Below the pieces are notes generated by a model. The model ran no database searches, was not told the DNA's origin, and saw only the letters and a list, made by a program, of their open reading frames with translations. From Micavibrio sp. (GTDB lineage Bacteria; Pseudomonadota; Alphaproteobacteria; UBA9219): 64,000 nucleotides of DNA. How positions within the stretch are numbered: position 1 is the first letter of the stretch; each line of letters starts with the position of its first letter. Position numbers and translations under genes: made by a program. The stretch is taken from assembly GCA_020718105.1 (NCBI GenBank), contig DYDA01000004.1, forward strand, positions 6,124 to 70,123. The letters are read 5' to 3'. This document shows, one piece after another, positions 9,467 to 18,606 of the stretch.

Positions 9467-12400
9467 CAGAACAAAGTTTTTCTCTATCGTCCCCCGCGCC
9501 TGAAAAGGAAAAGGGTTTTTTAGGTGACGTTAATGCGGCGCAACGCGCAGCGGCGGATCCGGCCGTGTCCGCGTGGGTCGGCGCATCGGCAGGATCGGGA
9601 AAGACAAAGGTGTTGGCCGATCGTGTCACGCGCCTTTTGCTGGAGGGGGTGAGGCCAGAGAAGATTTTGTGTCTGACCTTCACCCGCGCCGCTGCGGCTG
9701 AAATGTCCATTCGCCTGACGCAGCGTCTTTCGCGTTGGGCTGTGTGCGACGATGCGGCGCTGGATCATGATTTGGATTCTCTTTTGGGACTGCCTGCGAA
9801 GGAGGGGCAGCGCCTTCGCGCAAGGCGGTTGTTCGCGGGCGTTTTAGCGTGCGCGGGCGGCATGCGCTTTGTCACGATCCATGCTTTCGCGCAGGAAATC
9901 TTGCGCCGCTTTCCTTTAGAGGCGGGCGTGTCCCCCACTTTTTCGGTGATCGAGGAAGCGGACGCGCATGCTTTGTGGCAAGAGGCGCAGGGCGCTCTCC
10001 TGCAAGAAATCGCGCAGCAAAAAGACGGCGCGGCAGCGCAAGCGTTTGCCGCGTTGATCGATGTCATGGCCGAGGAAACCATGAGCGCGTTATTGCGCGA
10101 TGCTGCGTCTCATGCCCCGCGTGTGAAGGAGGCGGCGGCCACAGCGGGCGGCTTGCCCGCTCTTCTTCAAACGATGCGCAGCGCGTTAGAGTTGGAGCCG
10201 CAGGATTCGTCCGCGCTGTTTGATGCGGTGGCGGCGCGGGAAGGTGCGTTTGATCGTGCCGCGCTGTTGGCTGTGGCAAGGGCGCTGGCGGAAAAGGCTT
10301 CACCTCAATATGCGCCTCGTGGACAGATTATTTTGGATTGGTTGGAGACGGATGAGGCGGGACGCATCGCCACGTTGAATCTTTATGCGCGGGCGTTTTT
10401 GACAGACAAAGGGGAGCCTTTTGCGAAGGTTGCCGATAAAAAATGGCTTGAGGCCAACCCTGCGTATGAAAAGCCCCTGCGGACGGAAGAAGCGCGGATC
10501 ATTCGCTTGATGGAGCGGCGCGACACCTGCCGCATCGCGCAGGAAACCGCTGCTGCGTTGACACTGTCTTGGCGAATGGTTGATCTTTATGAGGCTCAAA
10601 AAACGCGCCGCGCCGCGCTGGATTACAACGATTTAATTGAAAAGGCGGGCGATGTGTTGTCCAAGGCAGGCAGCGCCGCTTGGGTTTTGTACAAACTGGA
10701 TGGCGGCATTGACCATATCTTGTTGGACGAAGCGCAAGACACCAACCCCGCGCAGTGGCGCATCGTGCAAGCGTTGACGGATGAGTTTTTTGCCGGAGAA
10801 AGCGCCCGCAGTAACGTGGGGCGCACGGCTTTTGTCGTGGGCGATGAAAAGCAATCCATTTATAGCTTTCAGGGCGCGGACGTTGCCGTCTTTGCCAAAA
10901 TGCGCGGCGCGTTTGAAAAGCGGATCACGGAGTCGGGAAGGCCGTTTCGCTCGGTTCCGATGAACGTATCGTTTCGCTCTGCCCCTGTCGTTCTTCGCGC
11001 CGTTGATTGGGTTTTTGAGGCTGATGCGGCAAGGCAAGGCGTGTCCTTGCAGCCTGTTACGCATCAGGCCTTTCGTCAAGACGCAACAGGGCGGGTAGAG
11101 GTTTGGCCTCTGTTGGTCGCAGGCGAGGATGAAGAAAAAAAGCCAAAGGCGTTGAAAGAAGCCATTGATTGGGGAATGCCTTGGGGCTACCGCGCCGCGC
11201 CCGATCCTGCCGCGCAGTTGGCGGCGCAGATCGCGCAGCAGATTAAGGCGTGGGTGACAAGCGGGCATACCGTTTATGATCGCGACCAAAAGGGCGAGCG
11301 CCCCATGACTTATGGCGACGTGATGGTGCTGGTGCAAAAGCGCGGCACGCTGGTTCCGCACTTGGTGGCGGCTTTGAAAAAAGCGGGCGTGGCTGTGTCG
11401 GGCGTGGATCGTATGCGCTTGACCTCTCAATTGGCCGTGATGGATTTGATGGCGCTTTTGCAGTTTCTTTTATTGCCACGCGATGATTTGACTTTGGCGA
11501 CTGTTTTGCGTGGACCCCTTATGGGGATAAGCGAAGAGGCGTTGATGGCGCTGGCTATAGGGCGCGGCACGCAAAGTTTGTGGGAGCGGTTGGGGGATGC
11601 GGCAACAGAAGAAAGCGAAAGAATTGAAAAAGAAAAAAGAAAACGGGATCCCCGCTTTCGCGGGGATGACGATGGAGGACAAGGCTGCAACAAAAATGCC
11701 GTCATGCCCGTGAAAACGGGCATCCCGTTTGTTTCTTGTGACGTTTCCGGTTGTGCTCCCTTCGCTTGCGTTTATGCCTATCTTCGCGCGTTGCTGGCCA
11801 AGGCGGATGGGCTATCGCCGCTCGCGCTTTTAATGATGGTCCTAAGCGACCCTTGTCCTGCCGATGCGGTGAGCGGAAGACGGGCGATGGTATCGCGCCT
11901 TGGCATCCAAGCCGAAGACCCGATGGATGAGCTTTTGGGGGCGGCTGAAGATTTCGGGACGCGCCGCGCCCCCTCCCTTCAGGCCTTTTTACACTGGCTG
12001 ACGGAAAGCGAGGCCGAGATCAAGCGCGAGATGGAAGCCGCAGGGGGGCGCGTGCGCGTGATCACGGTCCATGGCTCTAAGGGGCTGGAGTCGCCCGTTG
12101 TGATTTTGCCCGATGCCGCCCTTGAACCAAGCCGAGGTAAGCTGCCCAAGATTTTATGGGATGAGGCGCGGCGCGTGCCGTTTTATGTGCCGCGTGAGTC
12201 TTTGAACGGGCGGCTGGCCGCGCTGCGTGGGCAGGCGCGAGAGCGGCAATTAGAGGAATATCGCCGTTTGCTTTACGTGGCGATGACTCGCGCCGCTGAT
12301 CGGCTTTATATCGGTGGTTTTGTGAAAAGCGAGCCGAAGGAACCTTCCAAAAAGAAAGAGGTGGTTGATTCGTGGTATGCTCTTGTCTCCCGCGCCCTTG

Positions 12401-13158
12401 CGCCCCATCATCAGGCCGACGTTGTGGCGGGCGCGGCGCTTTTGCCGCCAACGATTGTGCTGGCCGATTATGCGACGAGCGTGGACATACGGATAAAGGG
12501 CACAGAAGAAAAAAATAAAAAGATAGCCGCGCCTTTGCCTCCCTTGCTGCCTTCGTGGCTTTTTGCTCCGCCGCCACCAGAGCCTTTGCCGCCGCGCCCG
12601 CTTGTGCCCTCACGCCCCAGCGAGGCGGAGGAAAATGCAACCCCACCTTCTGTATCGCCACAGGATGCGCGGTTTGCGCGTGGCCGCTTGATCCATCGCC
12701 TGTTGCAAAACCTTCCCGATGTTGCGGCGGAAAAAAGAGAAGCGGCCGCAAGACGGCTGTTGGCGCGGCCAGCGCATCAGTTGACGCCTGTCGCGCAAAA
12801 AGAAATCGCCCATGAAGCTCTGCGGCTTATGGAGGATCCGCGTTTCGCGCCGTTGTTTGGGAAAGAGAGCCGCGCCGAAGTTCCTGTGATCGGCCTTGCC
12901 TCAGGGCGCTTGATTTCGGGGCAAGTGGATCGCCTTGTTTTGATGGAGGGGGAGGTTTGGATCGTGGATTACAAAACCAACCGCCCTCCGCCCGCCGATT
13001 CCGCGCTCATTCCCGCCGCTTACAGGGCGCAGATGGAGGCTTACCGCACGGTGCTGCGGGCGGTTTATCCAGACCGCTTTATCCGGTGCTTTTTGTTGTG
13101 GACATACGCGCCAAAAATGATGGAAATAACCCAACCAGCTGATATATCAAGAGAATAA
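9463..13158 (+). CDS. addA: double-strand break repair helicase AddA
   Basis: UvrD/Rep helicase motifs (GSAGSGKTKVL, LLDEAQDTNP). C-terminal RecB nuclease motif (VDYKTN). ATGA overlap with addB. Length 1231 aa includes an apparent palindromic insertion. Confidence 0.9.
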   Translation: MTEQSFSLSSPAPEKEKGFLGDVNAAQRAAADPAVSAWVGASAGSGKTKVLADRVTRLLLEGVRPEKILCLTFTRAAAAEMSIRLTQRLSRWAVCDDAALDHDLDSLLGLPAKEGQRLRARRLFAGVLACAGGMRFVTIHAFAQEILRRFPLEAGVSPTFSVIEEADAHALWQEAQGALLQEIAQQKDGAAAQAFAALIDVMAEETMSALLRDAASHAPRVKEAAATAGGLPALLQTMRSALELEPQDSSALFDAVAAREGAFDRAALLAVARALAEKASPQYAPRGQIILDWLETDEAGRIATLNLYARAFLTDKGEPFAKVADKKWLEANPAYEKPLRTEEARIIRLMERRDTCRIAQETAAALTLSWRMVDLYEAQKTRRAALDYNDLIEKAGDVLSKAGSAAWVLYKLDGGIDHILLDEAQDTNPAQWRIVQALTDEFFAGESARSNVGRTAFVVGDEKQSIYSFQGADVAVFAKMRGAFEKRITESGRPFRSVPMNVSFRSAPVVLRAVDWVFEADAARQGVSLQPVTHQAFRQDATGRVEVWPLLVAGEDEEKKPKALKEAIDWGMPWGYRAAPDPAAQLAAQIAQQIKAWVTSGHTVYDRDQKGERPMTYGDVMVLVQKRGTLVPHLVAALKKAGVAVSGVDRMRLTSQLAVMDLMALLQFLLLPRDDLTLATVLRGPLMGISEEALMALAIGRGTQSLWERLGDAATEESERIEKEKRKRDPRFRGDDDGGQGCNKNAVMPVKTGIPFVSCDVSGCAPFACVYAYLRALLAKADGLSPLALLMMVLSDPCPADAVSGRRAMVSRLGIQAEDPMDELLGAAEDFGTRRAPSLQAFLHWLTESEAEIKREMEAAGGRVRVITVHGSKGLESPVVILPDAALEPSRGKLPKILWDEARRVPFYVPRESLNGRLAALRGQARERQLEEYRRLLYVAMTRAADRLYIGGFVKSEPKEPSKKKEVVDSWYALVSRALAPHHQADVVAGAALLPPTIVLADYATSVDIRIKGTEEKNKKIAAPLPPLLPSWLFAPPPPEPLPPRPLVPSRPSEAEENATPPSVSPQDARFARGRLIHRLLQNLPDVAAEKREAAARRLLARPAHQLTPVAQKEIAHEALRLMEDPRFAPLFGKESRAEVPVIGLASGRLISGQVDRLVLMEGEVWIVDYKTNRPPPADSALIPAAYRAQMEAYRTVLRAVYPDRFIRCFLLWTYAPKMMEITQPADISRE
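11630..11740. repeat. hairpin-forming palindromic element inside addA
   Basis: CGGGATCCCCGCTTTCGCGGGGATGACG and GCCGTCATGCCCGTGAAAACGGGCATCCCG are near self-complementary. Preceded by an A-rich tract. Shares the GCGGG(G)ATGACG motif with the element at 44599-44806. Confidence 0.4.
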
Positions 13159-13573
13159 AAAGTGGTAGTTGGTGATTTTTTCCCTTGACTCGTGGGGACG
13201 TTTCTGCTATTGACATTGCTAGGCGGAGCTGTGCCTGAAGTTAGAGTTCAGGGGTCAGAGCGTAGAATTCAGAGAAAGAGGGGCTTCGTGGCGGCGCGAG
13301 GCTTTTTTTGTTGGGCAGGGTTCCCCTTTCCTTATTTTTTGTTCCAGAAAATCAACTCTTGAAGTGGAAGGATTATGGTTCTGGTTATAAGGGGGGCGTT
13401 AGTCAAATGTTCATAATCTGTTGATTAAAAAGAAAGGCGGCTTGATGGCTGTTTCTTTTTGTGCGTAACGTGGCGGGGTGGCTCCTGTCTTTGAGGAGAC
13501 TGATTCTTATGGCGTCCCCCTCCTTTCTTGTTTTGAGAAAGTCCCTTAGCAGGGGGCTAACAGAGGCATTCCT

Positions 13574-16558
13574 ATGTTAAATGTTCTTGATCATATCGTG
13601 GCGGCGGTTCTTGTCGCGGCGCGGCAACCGATTGAATCCTTCATTCGTCTTGAAACGGCGCAAGATGGCACAACGCTGGTGGCTGATGACGGCTCTTTGA
13701 TGTCGATCGTCCAGATTCATGGCTCGCGGCAAATTATCGGGGACGCCGAATACCAATGGATCGTTGAGCAGGCAACCACGAAGCTTGGCGCTCGGTTTGA
13801 TCGCCCTGGGTATGCGCTTCAGGTTTATTTTATGCGTGACCCCCATATGGCGGGAAGCGATTTGATCAACGCGATGAAAAGCAATCGTGCCGCCGCCCAA
13901 ATGGCGGGGTTGGATCTTGAGGATTTGCTTGATGAGCGGCAGCGCCACCTTTCTCAATATCTGGCGCATGAGGAGGTTTATTTCGTTTTGTGGACGCGCC
14001 CCAAAGCGGTCAGCGCGATGGAGATTAAGGAAGCTGTGCGCCTTCGGGCTGAACAAAAGTGGGTTGTTGCCGAGGATGCGCAGCATCCCTTTGCCGCGCT
14101 TGGCCCCCTTGTTTCGCGGCATAAGGGGTATGTGTCAGGGATCGTTTCGGTTCTTGAGGATCTGTCGATTAAAGCCAGCGTGGCTTCGGTCCATCAATCG
14201 CTTGCCGCGATTAGGGCGAGTTTGTATCCCACGTTGAGCCATGACGACTGGAAGGCCAATGTGCCCGGCGATGTGATCACGCCCCATACGTCAACAGAGC
14301 CCACCGATGCGTCCGAGGTTTTGTGGCCGCCTTTGCGGCGTCAGATTTGTACGGGCGACGCTGAAATTATTAAGCCCACCATCGTGCGGATTGGGGACTT
14401 ATGTTGGGGCGGCGTTGATATGACGTTGGGGCCTGCGGATCCCGCGCCTTTCCCGCAGCTGCTTGCGCGCATGATCAACGACGATATGCCTTTCCATCTT
14501 TCAATTTTGATTGAAAGCGCGGGAACGGATGGATCGGCGTTCCGTACGTTTTTGGCTGCTGTTTTGGCCTTTACGAACGAAGTCAACCGGCAGATTCGTG
14601 AATCGCTTAAAGCGCTTCAAGAATTGTCGCAAAGCGAGCCTGTTGTGCGGTTGCGCATTTCGCTTTCCACGTATGCGCCTTCGCGCGAGGTTAAATTGGT
14701 TGAAACGCGCCTTGCTTCGTTGACGCAAGCGCTAGAGGCTTGGGGCTATTGTCAGGGGTCGTCGTCGGGCGGGGATCCGTTAGAGATGACCCTTTCATCG
14801 GCGCTGGGTCTTGGGTGCGCTTCAACCGCGCCGCCCGCTCTTGCGCCGTTTCGTGATGTTCTCAAGCTGTTGCCTTGGCAGCGGGCATCCTCGCCGTTTA
14901 AAGAAGGCTCGGTTGTTTTTCGCACCTCTGATGGGCGCATTTGGCCCTATCAGACGGGCAGTTCTTTGACGACAACGTGGTTTGATTTGATTTTTGCGCA
15001 ACCTGGCTCTGGTAAGTCGGTTTTGATGAACGCGCTTAATTTGGGAACCATTTTGTCGGCGGGCATTACGCGCCTTCCCTATATTGCGATTTTGGACATC
15101 GGCCCTTCCTCGGCGGGATTGATTGCTTTGATTCGCGATGCTTTGCCGCTTGAGCGACGCCATGAGGCGATGCACTTTAAATTGAAGATGGCGCCTGAAT
15201 TTGCGGTCAATCCTTTCGATACGCAATTAGGATGTCGCTATCCTTTGCCGGAAGAGCGCTCTTATTTGACAGAGCTCCTTACGTTGCTGTGCACGGCGCC
15301 TGGACAAGTTACGCCGTATGACGGCATGGCGCAGCTTGTGGGTCTTTGCGTGGACGAGATGTATCGTTGGCGCGATGATAAGGGGGCGAACACTGAGCCT
15401 CGGCCCTATCTTTTAAATATGGAGCCGGATGTTGATGAAGCGCTTAAAAAATATAACCTTCATCTCCCTGTCGATCCTTATTGGTGGGATGTTGTTGATG
15501 CGTTGTATGAGGTGGGGGCTTATCACGAATGTATGCTGGCGCAGCGGCATGCCGTTCCGACGCTTGTGGATGCCGTGACATCAGCGCGGCGGCCACAAAT
15601 TCGCGCCCTGTTAGAGGAAACGTCGATTGGTTCTTCGGCGGAGTCTATCATTCATGCGTTTGATCGTATGATCGCATCAGCCGTTCGCGAGTTCCCGATT
15701 TTGGCCTCTATCACGCGCTTCGATATTGGCACAACGCGCATTGCGGCGGTTGACTTGCAAGACGTCGCGCCTCAAGGCGATGATGCGGCCGATCGTCAAA
15801 CGGCGGTTATGTATATGTTGGCGCGCCATGTTCTTATTCGCGCTTGGTGGTTGGGGCCGGATTCCATTCGGCTTATGCCGGAGAAATATCGCCCTTATCA
15901 TGAGGAGCGATTCCGCGATATTCGTGAATCGCCCAAGCGGCTGTGTTTTGATGAGTTCCATCGCACGAGTAAGACGGCGGCGGTTCGTGCGCAGGTCGTG
16001 CGTGATATGCGCGAAGGGCGTAAGTGGGGCGTTCAAATCGTTTTGGCCTCTCAGTTGTTGGAAGATTTCAGCAACGATATGGTCGATATGGCGACGGGCG
16101 TTTGGGTTTGCGGTACGGCCGTTTCTGAACGCGCCATTAATGAAACGGCGGAACGCTTTGGCCTTTCGGATACAGCGCGTTGGGTGATGCGTTATCGTTT
16201 GACAGGACCGCGTCCCAGTGGTGCGCCCGTTCTCCTTCTTCTTAGCACCAATGAAGGGCGGTATGAACAGCACTTGATCAACACGCTTGGCCCTATTGAG
16301 TTGTGGGCGCTTTCAACCTCGCGGGAAGACGTTGATCTTCGCACGGCACTTTATACATCCCTTGGGGGGCCTTTGGCGCGGCGCGTTTTGGCGCGGTTCT
16401 TCCCTAGCGGATCGGCAAGGCAAGAAATCCGGCGGCGGGTCGTTCAACGGACGGAGTCGGGAAAAGTCGAATCTGCCGGAACAAACGTGGTTATCGCTGA
16501 ATTGGCGGATGAGCTTATTAAAACCGTTCGGGAAACGTTGCTCAAGGAACAAGCCTAA
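13574..16558 (+). CDS. IcmB/DotO-like (TraU-like) type IVB secretion ATPase
   Basis: 994 aa, the size of Legionella IcmB (1009 aa). Central Walker A FAQPGSGKSVLMNA and Walker B LCFDEFH. The N-terminal TADDGSL-type motif is recognised from memory of IcmB/TraU proteins. Other Dot/Icm genes are present in the window. Confidence 0.6.
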   Translation: MLNVLDHIVAAVLVAARQPIESFIRLETAQDGTTLVADDGSLMSIVQIHGSRQIIGDAEYQWIVEQATTKLGARFDRPGYALQVYFMRDPHMAGSDLINAMKSNRAAAQMAGLDLEDLLDERQRHLSQYLAHEEVYFVLWTRPKAVSAMEIKEAVRLRAEQKWVVAEDAQHPFAALGPLVSRHKGYVSGIVSVLEDLSIKASVASVHQSLAAIRASLYPTLSHDDWKANVPGDVITPHTSTEPTDASEVLWPPLRRQICTGDAEIIKPTIVRIGDLCWGGVDMTLGPADPAPFPQLLARMINDDMPFHLSILIESAGTDGSAFRTFLAAVLAFTNEVNRQIRESLKALQELSQSEPVVRLRISLSTYAPSREVKLVETRLASLTQALEAWGYCQGSSSGGDPLEMTLSSALGLGCASTAPPALAPFRDVLKLLPWQRASSPFKEGSVVFRTSDGRIWPYQTGSSLTTTWFDLIFAQPGSGKSVLMNALNLGTILSAGITRLPYIAILDIGPSSAGLIALIRDALPLERRHEAMHFKLKMAPEFAVNPFDTQLGCRYPLPEERSYLTELLTLLCTAPGQVTPYDGMAQLVGLCVDEMYRWRDDKGANTEPRPYLLNMEPDVDEALKKYNLHLPVDPYWWDVVDALYEVGAYHECMLAQRHAVPTLVDAVTSARRPQIRALLEETSIGSSAESIIHAFDRMIASAVREFPILASITRFDIGTTRIAAVDLQDVAPQGDDAADRQTAVMYMLARHVLIRAWWLGPDSIRLMPEKYRPYHEERFRDIRESPKRLCFDEFHRTSKTAAVRAQVVRDMREGRKWGVQIVLASQLLEDFSNDMVDMATGVWVCGTAVSERAINETAERFGLSDTARWVMRYRLTGPRPSGAPVLLLLSTNEGRYEQHLINTLGPIELWALSTSREDVDLRTALYTSLGGPLARRVLARFFPSGSARQEIRRRVVQRTESGKVESAGTNVVIAELADELIKTVRETLLKEQA

Positions 16559-16728
16559 TAAAAACAAAGCGGTGGGGGTTGTTTCATGGGGTGTCTTTAT
16601 CGCAAGGCGGGCGGAAAAAACAGGCCAATGACAGAGCCCTTAACCAAAGAAGAGGGTTGGTTGCTTGGGGGAGATATCGTATATTCCAAGATTGGTTTGT
16701 GTTAGGATTTTAACGGGATAAAAAAGAA

Positions 16729-17955
16729 ATGGCTGCGAATAACAACGACGATCCAACATGGACCCTTGTCATCCTTGCCTCTATTTTGGGGGGCTTTGGC
16801 TGGCTCATTTGGCACTTTTTTAATCAGCCGCTTATGGAGTTTGTCCGTTACGTCAAGTTGATTGAAATGGCGCCGTTGGCGTTGGTGAATAAGCAAGCGG
16901 CCGCTTGTTTTGTGTGGTTGCGTGAGGCGCAGATAAGCGCCGCCATGCCTTCGCATGAAGCCTATCAGGCCGCGTTGGGCTGTTTTGGTGGCGCGTCGCT
17001 TGCCCGCCTGCCTGCCGCCGAGGCGTTGCAGTATTATAATGTGACGCCGACAAGTTTGGGGGCCATCAGTCGTTTCGTAGGGTCTTATGGGAAATGGCTT
17101 GTCGCAGGGTTTTGCGTCTTTGTGGCCTATTATGCGTTGTTCAAATCTGTGCGAAACGAATACAAAAAACGGCATGGCCTTGAAAGTTTTATTAAAACGC
17201 AAGCGACTGTTTGGAAGGTTATTTCTCCGATTGTTTCCTTTAATCCCTCTACGCATAGCGCACGCGTGCTTGGCGGGCGCGTTCCTAAAAAGCTTCCTCT
17301 TTTTGCCGAGGCTCTTGCGCCGGAAGAATGGCTTTCTTTTCACCAAATCCCTATCGTGAAAGGGATCCCGCGCCGTGAAGAAGTTCATCGCGCCCTTTTT
17401 TTGCAGTTGGGGCCGCGCTGGACGGAAAACTATCAAGACATGCCTTTTTATATTCAGGCTCTTTTAGCCGCCCTTGCGTTAAAGGGCGTTCAAAAGCGTG
17501 ATGAAAGCGACGCTCTTTTGGGGCGGGTTTCCGCTTGTTGGTCGCAGAGCAAGGGCATGACCTATCCATCAGAGTTGATGGCTGAGATTAAAAAAATACT
17601 GAAGGATCCCGCCATTGGAGGCGAGGCTTTGAATGTGGCCAAGAACCATGCTTTTCGGACAACGGCGGTTGTCGGGGTGTTGAAGTGGGCTCGGTTTATG
17701 GGCGGCGTTCTTGCGTCGGCTCAATTTTTGTGGCTGCGCGGCGTGGATCGTGATTTGTGGTACGCGCTGAACAATCTGGGACGGCGCTCTTTCCATACGG
17801 AAGGGGCGGGCGCGATGGCTCATTTTATGGCGGAGGATTTGGCTCATAAAGCGTTGGTTGTCCCTCGTTTTGAAACGGTTTTTATCACGCTGAACAAATA
17901 TATAGGCGACACTCAGGTGGCTATCCCGCCTTACGAAGGAACAAACCGCGCTTAA
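16729..17955 (+). CDS. DotM/IcmP-like inner-membrane protein (tentative)
   Basis: 408 aa with two or three N-terminal TM segments. Lies directly upstream of the DotL-like coupling protein, as icmP-icmO do in Legionella. Assignment by position and topology only. Confidence 0.35.
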   Translation: MAANNNDDPTWTLVILASILGGFGWLIWHFFNQPLMEFVRYVKLIEMAPLALVNKQAAACFVWLREAQISAAMPSHEAYQAALGCFGGASLARLPAAEALQYYNVTPTSLGAISRFVGSYGKWLVAGFCVFVAYYALFKSVRNEYKKRHGLESFIKTQATVWKVISPIVSFNPSTHSARVLGGRVPKKLPLFAEALAPEEWLSFHQIPIVKGIPRREEVHRALFLQLGPRWTENYQDMPFYIQALLAALALKGVQKRDESDALLGRVSACWSQSKGMTYPSELMAEIKKILKDPAIGGEALNVAKNHAFRTTAVVGVLKWARFMGGVLASAQFLWLRGVDRDLWYALNNLGRRSFHTEGAGAMAHFMAEDLAHKALVVPRFETVFITLNKYIGDTQVAIPPYEGTNRA

Positions 17956-17989
17956 GGGCGGCTCACAAAGAAGGAAGAGGAGAGAGCTT

Positions 17990-18556
17990 ATGTTTTCGGT
18001 TTTGATCAAGGATACGCCCGCCCGCGCCAAAATTGTGCGTCGGGGGCATGTGCCGTTTCTTTTGGCCGCGTTTCAATTGAGCGCGCCGCCTTTGGTGTGG
18101 CAAGCCGACCTTGAAAAAATGGCGAACACGACGATTGCCCTTCGCGAAAAAGAAGGTTCGTGGGAGTTGGGGTATACGCCTTTGGGACAGGGAGCGTTTG
18201 TGACGGTGGCTTCTTTTGATGAACGGCATGAGGCAGAAAAGGCCTATGCCGTTGTTCAACGAGCGATGGGGCATAGCAGTGGGCCTATAGCAGCAGGAAA
18301 AGGGTTCGGGTTCTTGCGCTTTTTAGTGTGGCTTATTGTGTTGGCGATGCTTCTTTTTGTTGGCGCTTCTCTTTTTGGGGAAAAGGCCGAGACTGTTTCC
18401 TCTGTTGCTTCAAGCGCGGGGCAGGGGTCTTTGCAAGAAATGGGAAATCAAGCGGTGGGCTTGCAAGCGCCTGCGTCTCAGCAAGAGCCATCGCCTAAGG
18501 AGCTTCGAACGGGCGTGCCCGCAAACGCGGATGACGTTTTACCAAACGTGCCATGA
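17990..18556 (+). CDS. hypothetical membrane protein
   Basis: 188 aa with one central TM (FLVWLIVLAMLLFVGASLF). Sits between the DotM-like and DotL-like genes. Confidence 0.3.
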   Translation: MFSVLIKDTPARAKIVRRGHVPFLLAAFQLSAPPLVWQADLEKMANTTIALREKEGSWELGYTPLGQGAFVTVASFDERHEAEKAYAVVQRAMGHSSGPIAAGKGFGFLRFLVWLIVLAMLLFVGASLFGEKAETVSSVASSAGQGSLQEMGNQAVGLQAPASQQEPSPKELRTGVPANADDVLPNVP

Positions 18557-18606
18557 AAAAAGGTTCTTCCTGATAAAGAGGGAGGGATGGGGAGAGAAAA
18601 AAGCTT

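Noticed and set aside
10633-12751. Antisense ORFs inside addA (10633-11430 -, 12077-12751 -, 11427-11723 -)
   Set aside because: Shadow ORFs of a high-GC gene. The 11427-11723 frames simply translate the palindromic insert (e.g. VIPAKAGIP).
16287-16631. 114-aa plus-strand ORF overlapping the end of the IcmB-like gene
   Set aside because: Different frame within the IcmB-like CDS, extending into the intergenic region. No independent support.
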